This document shows, one piece after another, positions 38,514-46,958 of a DNA stretch of 64,000 nt (position 1 is the stretch's first letter; every line of letters begins with the position of its first letter). Position numbers and translations under genes: made by a program. The notes beneath the pieces were generated by a model, which did no database searches, had not been told where the DNA came from, and saw nothing but the letters and a program-made list of their open reading frames with translations. Origin of the DNA: an uncultured Verrucomicrobiae bacterium (GTDB lineage: Bacteria > Verrucomicrobiota > Verrucomicrobiia > Chthoniobacterales > JAFAMB01); assembly GCA_963762565.1 (NCBI GenBank), contig CAVXLD010000007.1:96001-160000 (forward strand), written 5' to 3'.

Positions 38514-40526
38514 TTAGAATCGGACCTCAGCTCCTCCGAACACAGCTGTTCCGAGGGCCGGATATCCAATAGTGGTGTAATAATGCTGGTTAGACAAATT
38601 CTCTACCCTGAAAGTGAACGCGACATGATCGTTTACTTCCCATCGCGCGTAGGTGCGTAACACCCAATAATCATTGAGCCGGACGAATTTCGCCGGAACG
38701 AAAGAAAAATCCTCTGCTACCTGTTGGCCGGAGTATAAGGCGCCGAACCCAACCGTGAGAACACTAAAGAACTTGTAATTGGTATCTAGGCTGAAGAAGT
38801 AGCGCGGAATATCCGGATCCCTCTGCGTGACTCCAGCGGACGTGAAATAGGACTCCGTCCAAGTGAACGCTGCCCGAGTCTGCCAATTCTTGATCGGATT
38901 GATCCGAATTTCCGTTTCAATCCCGTACGTCTCGCCAGAATTTTGATTCTCATAGCTGCCGGTGACTGGACTGGTTGGGACAAAGGCAATTATGTCGTGA
39001 ATATAGTTCTGGAAGAAACTAGCGCTCAAGGTCACCCCGGTGTCCCACAGATATTGGTCTATACCAACATCATATCCCTGGGACGTCTCCGGCCTTAGAT
39101 CACGATTTCCTAGGGCGAAAGCCGAGGTTGAAAATGTGTCAAAAAGATCAGGAGCCTTGAAAGCGGTGCCATAGCTCGCCCTCAATTTGGTCTTCGTGGC
39201 GTCAATGAGGTAGGCGCCGGAGAAACGATAGGTAAAGGCGTCGCCGGCCAACTGATAGTGATCCCATCGCCCGCCGGCAGTCAGGGTCAAATTTGGGATG
39301 ATCTCCCATAGGTCTTGCAGGTAGAGAGCAAAATTATTTTCTTCCTGCTGAGGAAAAGAATTGTCATGACCCGCTTCTAAATAATAGGTAGCGCCGGCCA
39401 CGGCGGTATCCTTAGAGGTGATCTGAAAAGTATTCTGCCAATCGGTCTCCAGGTTGAAAGCTTTTCCGACGTAAACGGTGCCAGTAAAGAACTCGGAAGG
39501 AATGGGAGGTTCGACAAAGGTGTATCGCTCGTTATACCCGCCCACCATTAGGTGCTGCTGCCACCAGTCTGTTGTTTTCCAATTCACAAACAGCGTAACC
39601 AGATTCGTCTCGCCGGCCGCTTTCGCATTGGGATCGTCGAAAGGAATATCGACTGGACGGTCACTGCTGGGTTCGCCGTATCGGCCGAATTCGCCTCTCG
39701 CGGTTACACCGATTGTTAGAGTATCAGTTAGCGGTATATCGAGACGGAATGAATAGCCGTCTTCCCGAAGATGATTGTTAGGCCGGGCATTGGCAGTTTC
39801 ATCGTGTACGTAGTCAAGAGAGTAGGCGATTTTGCCGATCACACCGGAGCTGATAAGGCCGGCTCGGATTGAATCGTAGGCGCCGTATTCCCCAAAGCCG
39901 GTGACCGTTGGCTGTCCCGAACCTTGATGCGTTGCCAGGGAAATCACTCCGCCGATGGCGTCGGATCCATACAGTGTACTGTACGGGCCCCTCACTATGG
40001 TGATGGTATCGAGATTGAAGTTTTGCGCGTACGCCAGAAAGGGCGCCGCATTGTCAAAAATACCAGTGTTCACCCTCATTCCGTCCACCAGGAACAGGGT
40101 ATAAGAAGGATCAGTCCCTCTAATACTAACCGTAGTGAATCCGCCTCGAGCGCCGGTTTCCAATGCAAATACGCCTGGCGTTGTATTCAAAGCAGTCTTC
40201 AGATCGGCGATCTGTTCGGTTTGGAGCTGATCCCCAGTGAGCTGGCTGAAGGCGCTCCCGATCTGTGACTCGTCCTCGGGCGTGCGGGTCGCGGTCACGA
40301 TAATTTGGTTGAAAAGATTGTCGGTATTGCTGCCTGAATCATCGCCCAATGCCCGATGATTCATCGTCAGAGTCAAGAATGAAGCGGCTACCAATCTCGA
40401 GAAATCGAATAGGAGGCGCGACTTTAGGAGAGCTGCGGTACTAGCCAGCATCCGCACCGCGTGATTTTTGCGGGCCAGGTCGTGATGACCTAGTAAGTCA
40501 GAGACTTTCTTCGTTTCAGTTGGCAT
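38514..40526 (-). CDS. btuB: TonB-dependent cobalamin receptor (BtuB-like)
   Basis: IIVTATRT, SIRG, VRGPYSTLYGSDAIGGVI, ENL, C-terminal VRF; downstream of a Cbl riboswitch. Start uncertain. Confidence 0.85.
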   Translation of the reverse strand: MPTETKKVSDLLGHHDLARKNHAVRMLASTAALLKSRLLFDFSRLVAASFLTLTMNHRALGDDSGSNTDNLFNQIIVTATRTPEDESQIGSAFSQLTGDQLQTEQIADLKTALNTTPGVFALETGARGGFTTVSIRGTDPSYTLFLVDGMRVNTGIFDNAAPFLAYAQNFNLDTITIVRGPYSTLYGSDAIGGVISLATHQGSGQPTVTGFGEYGAYDSIRAGLISSGVIGKIAYSLDYVHDETANARPNNHLREDGYSFRLDIPLTDTLTIGVTARGEFGRYGEPSSDRPVDIPFDDPNAKAAGETNLVTLFVNWKTTDWWQQHLMVGGYNERYTFVEPPIPSEFFTGTVYVGKAFNLETDWQNTFQITSKDTAVAGATYYLEAGHDNSFPQQEENNFALYLQDLWEIIPNLTLTAGGRWDHYQLAGDAFTYRFSGAYLIDATKTKLRASYGTAFKAPDLFDTFSTSAFALGNRDLRPETSQGYDVGIDQYLWDTGVTLSASFFQNYIHDIIAFVPTSPVTGSYENQNSGETYGIETEIRINPIKNWQTRAAFTWTESYFTSAGVTQRDPDIPRYFFSLDTNYKFFSVLTVGFGALYSGQQVAEDFSFVPAKFVRLNDYWVLRTYARWEVNDHVAFTFRVENLSNQHYYTTIGYPALGTAVFGGAEVRF

Positions 40527-40717
40527 TTTCGAAAGCGCGAACCCGCCAAGGCTCACGCGTGCTCGGTGGAAGTGCGCTGAACGCCCTTACCACCGAGGTT
40601 TTCGGAAACCGTGACTCCTGGTGGACAGGGTTTTTACCTGAACGCCGAACTGAAACGGTTCCCATCCTGTCTTTGGCGAGACAGTGATCCGGACTCATTC
40701 CGAATCTGATGAGCACT

Positions 40718-40890
40718 GACAGAGGAGGTCTTCTGACTCCGAGGTCACTCTACTAGCTTCGCCTTCCCGTCCTAAAATAGAACAGTGGCAAAATGAAGCG
40801 TTCGTCACTCGTTACAGCGGCGCAACCGCACGGGATTCACACCCGTTTCCCAATTTCTCCCAATGCCTTAGCAAGGGGCCCTCTGCAGGG
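40718..40890 (-). ncRNA. Cobalamin riboswitch
   Basis: Minus strand GGGAAacgggtgtgAATCCCGtgcggttgcGCCGCTGTAA...GCCACTG...GGGAAGGC...AGTCAGAAGACCT (B12 box). Confidence 0.93.
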
Positions 40891-41101
40891 TTTTCCACTA
40901 TCCTCCAAGGATAGTGGCTCTGAGAAAGAACTGAAGCGAAACTGAGTAGGTCCTAATCCGCAAAGAGTCAAGCTTCCAGTGAGCGATAATGGGACGTTAT
41001 TCGAGGTTGCAGGCTGTTGAAGCCCGCTGCCGACGGGGCCCGAACGCTCGGGGTTTTTCACTGTAGGGTTTGCGGCTGCGCTATATGACCGCCGCCACGT
41101 A

Positions 41102-41533
41102 CTACGAAGGTAACTCTTTCCCAGTGGTTGTAAGCGTTAGCTTGCCGTGTTTGACTCCTTTAGCGGCGATCAGATTATCGGCAAGGCGTCGCAACAGGGA
41201 AGCCCGGCCGCGAACCACGAGAACCTCCAGGCAGTTGTGGTGATCTAGGTGGACATGCAATGTCGAGATAATGGTGCGCAAATGTTCGTGTTGTATCGCT
41301 GTGAGGATCTTTTGAACTTGTGGGCGGTGATGGTCGTAAACCAGAGTGACCGTTCCAACGGCTTCATGGTCCTCTGATTCTTGGTAATGCTCCACCAATT
41401 GGTCTCGAATCATCTCGCTGATGGCCAACGAACGGTTTTGGAATCCTCTTTTTCGAGCCATGCGATCGAGGTCTCGAAGCAGCGCCGGATGCAAAGAGAC
41501 CCCAAAACGGGCGACGGGCTGTTCTTTCGGCAT
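41102..41533 (-). CDS. nikR: Nickel-responsive regulator NikR
   Basis: RFGVSL RHH domain, NRSLAISEMIR, YDHH, QHEH, HVHLDHHNCLEV. Confidence 0.95.
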   Translation of the reverse strand: MPKEQPVARFGVSLHPALLRDLDRMARKRGFQNRSLAISEMIRDQLVEHYQESEDHEAVGTVTLVYDHHRPQVQKILTAIQHEHLRTIISTLHVHLDHHNCLEVLVVRGRASLLRRLADNLIAAKGVKHGKLTLTTTGKELPS

Positions 41534-41580
41534 CTCTAAGTATGTAACCGGCGTCAGCAGCGTCAACGTAGCCGGTTGGC

Positions 41581-43836
41581 TCAGAATCGTGCAGTTAAGG
41601 TCACGCGCACGCTGCGCGACTCGGCTGGGTGAATTTCGATGTCGTCATACCCACCGCCATCCGGTCCAGGCGGTTCGAATTTTAGCCGGGACGCATAGTA
41701 GTAGGCGATATCCTGGGCGTGGGTGTTGAGTAAATTGTAGACATCCACCGCAATGCCGTATCTGGCATTGAATTGATATGCCAGGCGCAGGTAAAATAAG
41801 CTGGTCGCTTCGGAATGGATCTGATTCGACTGAGTCAATTCGCGAGGGCCGAAATAGCGCCATCGCAATGACGTTTCGAGCTTGGGTAGCAAAGGTAGGT
41901 TGTGCAGGATGATCCCGGAATCGATCACCATACCCACCGACTCCGGCACATATTGGCCGCCGGAGTTAGCCGCGATAAATCGGGCCTGTGATTGAGAGAA
42001 ATCGATATTAAAAGTCAACCAATCGTTTGGCGTGTAGTAGTTGCTGATTTCCAGTCCGTATCTTACCGACGGTGGACCGGGTACGGTATCACCGGTGTCG
42101 CCGTCAAATGTCAGCTCCCCTTTGGAGAAGAGAAACCAATAGGCGAACGTGGTCTGCAGCCCTGGCACCAAGGTCGTGCGAATACCCATTTCGGCGCCCT
42201 TCTGCTGGACCATTAAAGGTACGGCTGGAGCCGGCCCCCCTTCTGAAGCCAGCGGAGCCGTCTTAGAGGTAGCGCCGCGGGCATCATTGGTGTGATATCC
42301 AAATCCGCCGTCAATATAGAATTCGGTATTGTACCAGGGACCAAAAACGAATTGGGCCTTTGGACTGGCGAGAAATGAAGTCGCTACGCCGCCGTTCGGT
42401 CCGCCAAGCAAGTCGGTTACGCTGGCATCAATGAGGTCTCCACGCACGCTAAGGATGGTGCGAAACCAATCGGTCCATTGATACCGATTCTGGTAATAGG
42501 CAGCGGCGTTGAACCAATTGATGGAATCGTGGATAAGGCGTTCGTATACATTCCGGTGGTAGGTGTGGTTTAGCGTACTGTCAAAGATGTCGTCCTCGCG
42601 GACTTGCAGTCCGAAGTCGTTGATCATTGGCCGGCCAAGAAAGGTCCTCAAAACTTTGTGATCCAGCGTGAATCCGCCAATGACTCGTCGGTCTGCCTGT
42701 TCAAATTGGTCGCCCAGTATCGGATTGTTGAGAAAGTAGGTAAAATCTGAGAACAGATCTAAATCGTAGTATTGAGCGTAAAGCAGCAATTTGGTGGTGG
42801 AGTTGTCGGTTAAATGGCCGTGCCATTCTGCGCTGAGCATGTAACGCTGGCTATCACCGCCATCGCTAGGATCCAGGTTGCCAAAATAAGTAATTTCATC
42901 GCGCAAAATTGCCCGCAACGGCAGCTGGTTTTCGCCAGTCCAGGCGCCTGAGTAAGCGCTGAATGTCAGACTGAACCCGTTGTTTTCGCTGCCGATGCTA
43001 TATCGGAGGAAGCCGTTGAGTTTACGAAAGTTCTCCGGAGGGGTGAACGGTCCGTCATTGTGGAACCATTCAACGGCTAAAAGTATGGTACCGGGATTGA
43101 CCGCTGGCAGGACGCGCGGGGTACCGTTGAAGTTCGCTAAATCGTCCTCACCGAAGGTATGGGACATTGCAACTAACAACCGTTCGTATCCGTTCTCGCC
43201 GACCGTAGCGATGGCCAGGTTGTATGGCAACCGGTCATAGAAATGCATAGTGGCTGACCCGGCTGACGAGAAATCACCCACTAAAGCATTGTAAACTCCC
43301 TTATTGTAATCAACGGTCTCAACCAATTCCGGAATCAAGACGTTCAAGTCGTCGTATCCCTCACCATGGGCGTGGCTGGGTAGATTCATAGGGACGCCGT
43401 CCAGAAAAACCGAGAAGTCAGTCCCGTGATCCAGGTTGTAGCCTCGGAGAAAAAACTGATTAGCCTTTCCGCCTCCGGCATGTTGAGTGATGATCATTCC
43501 CGGTATGGTTTCCAAGATTTCGCCTGGCCGGAGCAATGGCCGAGCGCTGATTTCGTCCTGGCCCACCACACCCTCAGAGGCCGAACCAGCGACGTCGATC
43601 AGACTGGTCTGGCGGCCAGTGACCACAACCGGCTGCAAAGGTGTGCCGGGACTGGAAGACGCGGCGGCGTTTGGGCTGGCTGTCGCGACGGGCGTGGGAC
43701 TGGGGCTCGGTGTCAGGGTCGGGCTGGTCTGAGTAAACGCTCCGTTGACCGTCAGGATGGCCGAAACTGTTAAAGCCAATACTACCGGTAGGCTCCGGGT
43801 CGAGTGCAAACAGTAGGCACCATGGTTGGTCTGCAC
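41581..43836 (-). CDS. TonB-dependent receptor, probable Ni/Co uptake
   Basis: TQHAGGGKANQFFLRGYNLDHGTDF plug, HAHG, C-terminal ARF; co-oriented with nikR. Confidence 0.9.
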   Translation of the reverse strand: MQTNHGAYCLHSTRSLPVVLALTVSAILTVNGAFTQTSPTLTPSPSPTPVATASPNAAASSSPGTPLQPVVVTGRQTSLIDVAGSASEGVVGQDEISARPLLRPGEILETIPGMIITQHAGGGKANQFFLRGYNLDHGTDFSVFLDGVPMNLPSHAHGEGYDDLNVLIPELVETVDYNKGVYNALVGDFSSAGSATMHFYDRLPYNLAIATVGENGYERLLVAMSHTFGEDDLANFNGTPRVLPAVNPGTILLAVEWFHNDGPFTPPENFRKLNGFLRYSIGSENNGFSLTFSAYSGAWTGENQLPLRAILRDEITYFGNLDPSDGGDSQRYMLSAEWHGHLTDNSTTKLLLYAQYYDLDLFSDFTYFLNNPILGDQFEQADRRVIGGFTLDHKVLRTFLGRPMINDFGLQVREDDIFDSTLNHTYHRNVYERLIHDSINWFNAAAYYQNRYQWTDWFRTILSVRGDLIDASVTDLLGGPNGGVATSFLASPKAQFVFGPWYNTEFYIDGGFGYHTNDARGATSKTAPLASEGGPAPAVPLMVQQKGAEMGIRTTLVPGLQTTFAYWFLFSKGELTFDGDTGDTVPGPPSVRYGLEISNYYTPNDWLTFNIDFSQSQARFIAANSGGQYVPESVGMVIDSGIILHNLPLLPKLETSLRWRYFGPRELTQSNQIHSEATSLFYLRLAYQFNARYGIAVDVYNLLNTHAQDIAYYYASRLKFEPPGPDGGGYDDIEIHPAESRSVRVTLTARF

Positions 43837-43867
43837 GACGATGAGTTGGTAAAACGTCGACGTCCAA

Positions 43868-43892
43868 TAACACGATTATTTAAAGCGTGTTA
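43868..43892. promoter_or_regulatory. Probable NikR operator
   Basis: TAACACG-N11-CGTGTTA, about 30 bp upstream of the receptor start. Confidence 0.7.
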
Positions 43893-43968
43893 CACAATCA
43901 AGCTAAAGAGGCGTCTATTTGTTGAAGAATGCGACCGCAGTAGAGCTAGGAATTGAAAAGTCGATTGA

Positions 43969-44307
43969 TCAATGGGTGTGCTCGTGATCTTCCTGTTCTG
44001 TAAAAGTCCAAGAGGCGAATGGATCCCAGAATCGCGTCTTCCATTGGTCCACATCAATAGCCATCTCCTCATCATCGAGTAAGCATCCTTTGAGGGCGGC
44101 CAACATTTCGCCCTTGGGTAGGTCCTGCCCAATAAAGACGAGTTCCTGACGTCGATCACCGTACGGTGATCGCCATTCCTTTTCGATGACGATCACCGCC
44201 ACCCGCCTGCCTTCGCGGTTGTTGAGGATGTGATTCAGCAAGGTCGTCTTCCCGGAACCAAGAAATCCGGAAAGAACAGTGACGGGAAGTTTTGATGGAA
44301 GATTCAT
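43969..44307 (-). pseudogene. COG0523 (CobW/YciC/ZigA) metallochaperone GTPase with a large in-frame internal deletion
   Basis: [22 protein letters not shown]...RVAVIV joined directly to [16 protein letters not shown]...CLL; CxCC, ExxG and NKxD motifs are absent. Confidence 0.85.
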
Positions 44308-44327
44308 TCCAGAGTTCGATGACATAA

Positions 44328-44366
44328 TGCAAGTAATTTGCAACAACTTATCGCAAGTTAATTGCA
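44328..44366. promoter_or_regulatory. Two tandem imperfect 7-1-7 palindromes, probable Zur/Fur-family boxes
   Basis: TGCAAGTAATTTGCA at 44328-44342 and CGCAAGTTAATTGCA at 44352-44366, upstream of the COG0523 gene. Confidence 0.55.
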
Positions 44367-44469
44367 ACTGTGCGGGGTCCGGATCAGCAGGAATCTGTCC
44401 GTCGGGGATTTTATGATGGGTCCGGTTGGTTACGCCGGATGGAACGCATTTAAAATTGCCGAGCTTCAA

Positions 44470-45687
44470 ATGCAGCGTGAAGATGTAGCAACTCGCCGTT
44501 TATTCGTGGCTACCGCAACTAACTCCCCTGACCTTGAAATCAAAGACGCACAACTCATCTTCGGCGCCGCCTGGCGGGAGCTAGAGGGGCAGTTTGGCCG
44601 TAGTAAAATGAGGTTCCCTAGGGAGCTGATCCTTCTCGGAGGAGCACCTGGCGCAGGTAAGGGTACTAATTCCGATTTCATTCGCAATGTGCGCAGCATC
44701 GATGCACCGCCCGTCGTGATATCCCAACTCCTTGACACGCCCGAGGCGCTTGCCATCAAAGCGCGTGGTGGAATGGTTGGGGACCGAGAGGTAGTCGGTA
44801 TCCTGTTTCGCAAGCTGCTTGAGCCGGAGTATGAGAACGGTGCATTGCTTGACGGTTTCCCACGCACAAAGGTGCAGGTGGAGTGCCTTAAGCTGCTCTT
44901 TGACGAGATGATTGCGCTGCGGCGGGAGTTCTCAGGCACTGCGGAAGAGATTCATTTCAAGCAGCCCCTTTTTCATATCATGGTGCTCTTCGTAGAAGAG
45001 GCGGAGAGCGTAGCGCGTCAACTAAAACGGGGCAGGCAGGTGGTTGACCACAATGAGGAGGTTACTCGCTCCGGCGTGGGCGAATTATGGGAGGCGCGCA
45101 CGACGGACTCTAGCGAAGTGCTCGCTCGGAATCGCTACCGCGTATTTAAGGAGCAAACTTACGACGCGCTCGTTTCGCTAAAGCAACTCTTCCACTATCA
45201 CTTCGTCAACGGCCAAGCGCCAATCCCCGAAGTTCAGGCCAACATTCTCCGCGAGCTCGAATACCAAAGCTCGTTGGAGTTAGACCCGCGCACCTTCGAT
45301 AGGCTTCGCAGGTTGCCACTGGCCAGCGATATCGTCCGGCACGCCCGGCAGGACCTCGTTCGCCGCCTGGACGGATATGAGGTGGAGCAGCCAGAAACAT
45401 TCGGCCGGGTGATCGAATTTATTGAGGCAAAGATGATGCCGATCGTCGTTCGTCACACGATTTCTGGCGTCGCCAATATCAACTCGGAAGAGGTCTTGTT
45501 TCAGGACCCGGTTGCCTTGGCGATGCTGATAGACGTGTTCTCCGAACGCGGTTTCCACGCAACCGTGGATGTCACTCGTGTTTGTGCGCCAGTCCACATG
45601 GATCTGCAGACCGGGAAGATTTCCTCCGAGGAGAAGAAGGTCTTCCGTTTTAACGTGCGCTTCAGAAGCGCACAGGTGCGAGGTTAA
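44470..45687 (+). CDS. Long-form adenylate/nucleoside monophosphate kinase
   Basis: [24 protein letters not shown]; long C-terminal extension. Confidence 0.85.
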   Translation: MQREDVATRRLFVATATNSPDLEIKDAQLIFGAAWRELEGQFGRSKMRFPRELILLGGAPGAGKGTNSDFIRNVRSIDAPPVVISQLLDTPEALAIKARGGMVGDREVVGILFRKLLEPEYENGALLDGFPRTKVQVECLKLLFDEMIALRREFSGTAEEIHFKQPLFHIMVLFVEEAESVARQLKRGRQVVDHNEEVTRSGVGELWEARTTDSSEVLARNRYRVFKEQTYDALVSLKQLFHYHFVNGQAPIPEVQANILRELEYQSSLELDPRTFDRLRRLPLASDIVRHARQDLVRRLDGYEVEQPETFGRVIEFIEAKMMPIVVRHTISGVANINSEEVLFQDPVALAMLIDVFSERGFHATVDVTRVCAPVHMDLQTGKISSEEKKVFRFNVRFRSAQVRG

Positions 45688-45711
45688 AGCCACAAAACCC
45701 GGTAGTCTCAT

Positions 45712-45829
45712 CTAGTGTGCTGTCCGATAAATAACATGGCTTTCGCCCGGCAGCTGCCTGGCAGCTGCCGGACCAGCGGCCCATTTTGATCGCAACGAAA
45801 GCCATGTTATTTATGGGACAGCACACTAG
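45712..45829. mobile_element. 118-bp MITE with 34-bp terminal inverted repeats
   Basis: ctagtgtgctgtccgataaataacatggctttcg / cgaaagccatgttatttatgggacagcacactag (1 mismatch); CTAG at both ends. Confidence 0.8.
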
Positions 45830-45880
45830 AACTTAAAAAACCTGGACCTCTTCGGGACCCTCTTAGCCACCGGAGATTTT

Positions 45881-46810
45881 ATGCCCGTGGAGCCTTTTAG
45901 ATCGGAGAATCTCCAACTTGCGGACGGAAGCAGCCTGTATTGGGAGGTATCAGGAAATCCGAAAGGGAAACCGGCGCTTTATCTTCACGGCGGCCCTGGC
46001 TCTGGGGCGCAAGCGTGGTATCGCCAGCACTTCGATCCGGAACGATATCTAATTGTTTCTTTTGATCAGCGTGGCTGTGGATGCAGCCGGCCGCTGGTAA
46101 CCGAGCCGGGTTACGATCTCCAATCCAATACAACGCAGGCGCTCCTGGCCGACATGGAACAGTTACGGGGACATCTTGGCATAGAGCGCTGGCTGCTCAC
46201 TGGTGTTTCATGGGGATCGACTTTGGCGCTCGCTTATGCGCAAGCACACCCGGACCGAGTTTCAGAGCTAGTTCTCGCAGCAGTTACCAATACAACTAAC
46301 GCTGAAGTGACCTGGATCACCGAAACCGTCGGATGCATTTTCCCGGAGGCCTGGTCGGAGTTTGAGCAGAGAGCGAACCGGAGAGTAGGGGAAAGGGTAA
46401 TCGATGCCTACTATCGCCTGATACGGGATCCCGATCGGAAGACGCGGGAACTGGCGGCCGATGCCTGGTGTAAGTGGGAGGACATCCATGTTTCGCTCAA
46501 TCCCGGAGCGAAACCAAGCGCTCGATTCGCCGACCCCGATTTTCGCATGCTTTTTGCCACCCTGGTAATCCACTACTTTGCAAATGCGGCGTTTTTGGAA
46601 AGACACCAAATACTCCAGAATATGGAACGTATCGCTCATCTGCCTGGCGTGTTAATTCACGGCCGGTTGGACATTAGTAGTCCCCTGCAAACAGCGTGGC
46701 AACTGCATCAACGCTGGAGTAACAGCCGGTTGATTGTGGTGGAGAATGAAGGCCATGGCGGCCCAGTCATGTGGAATGAATTTACCAAAGCAATTGCGAG
46801 TTTCGGCTAA
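45881..46810 (+). CDS. pip: Proline iminopeptidase (S33)
   Basis: HGGPG, DQRGCG, GVSWG, HGRLD, EGH. Confidence 0.93.
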   Translation: MPVEPFRSENLQLADGSSLYWEVSGNPKGKPALYLHGGPGSGAQAWYRQHFDPERYLIVSFDQRGCGCSRPLVTEPGYDLQSNTTQALLADMEQLRGHLGIERWLLTGVSWGSTLALAYAQAHPDRVSELVLAAVTNTTNAEVTWITETVGCIFPEAWSEFEQRANRRVGERVIDAYYRLIRDPDRKTRELAADAWCKWEDIHVSLNPGAKPSARFADPDFRMLFATLVIHYFANAAFLERHQILQNMERIAHLPGVLIHGRLDISSPLQTAWQLHQRWSNSRLIVVENEGHGGPVMWNEFTKAIASFG

Positions 46811-46940
46811 CGAAATTGCCGTCCAGCGTGAGGTGACAATCGCCGAAATAAGGAAGCTGCAACGTCGACTCTCGCACCTGCAAGAGTGTTGCCGTTGCAA
46901 CACGTTGGAAGAGTGCGGGGAAAAGCTGCTCGACAGCTAG
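46804..46940 (+). pseudogene. Possible C-terminal remnant of a MerR/SoxR-like regulator
   Basis: Coiled coil followed by CCRCNTLEECG; no HTH present. Confidence 0.4.
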
Positions 46941-46958
46941 TGACGTTACCGGTGTCGA

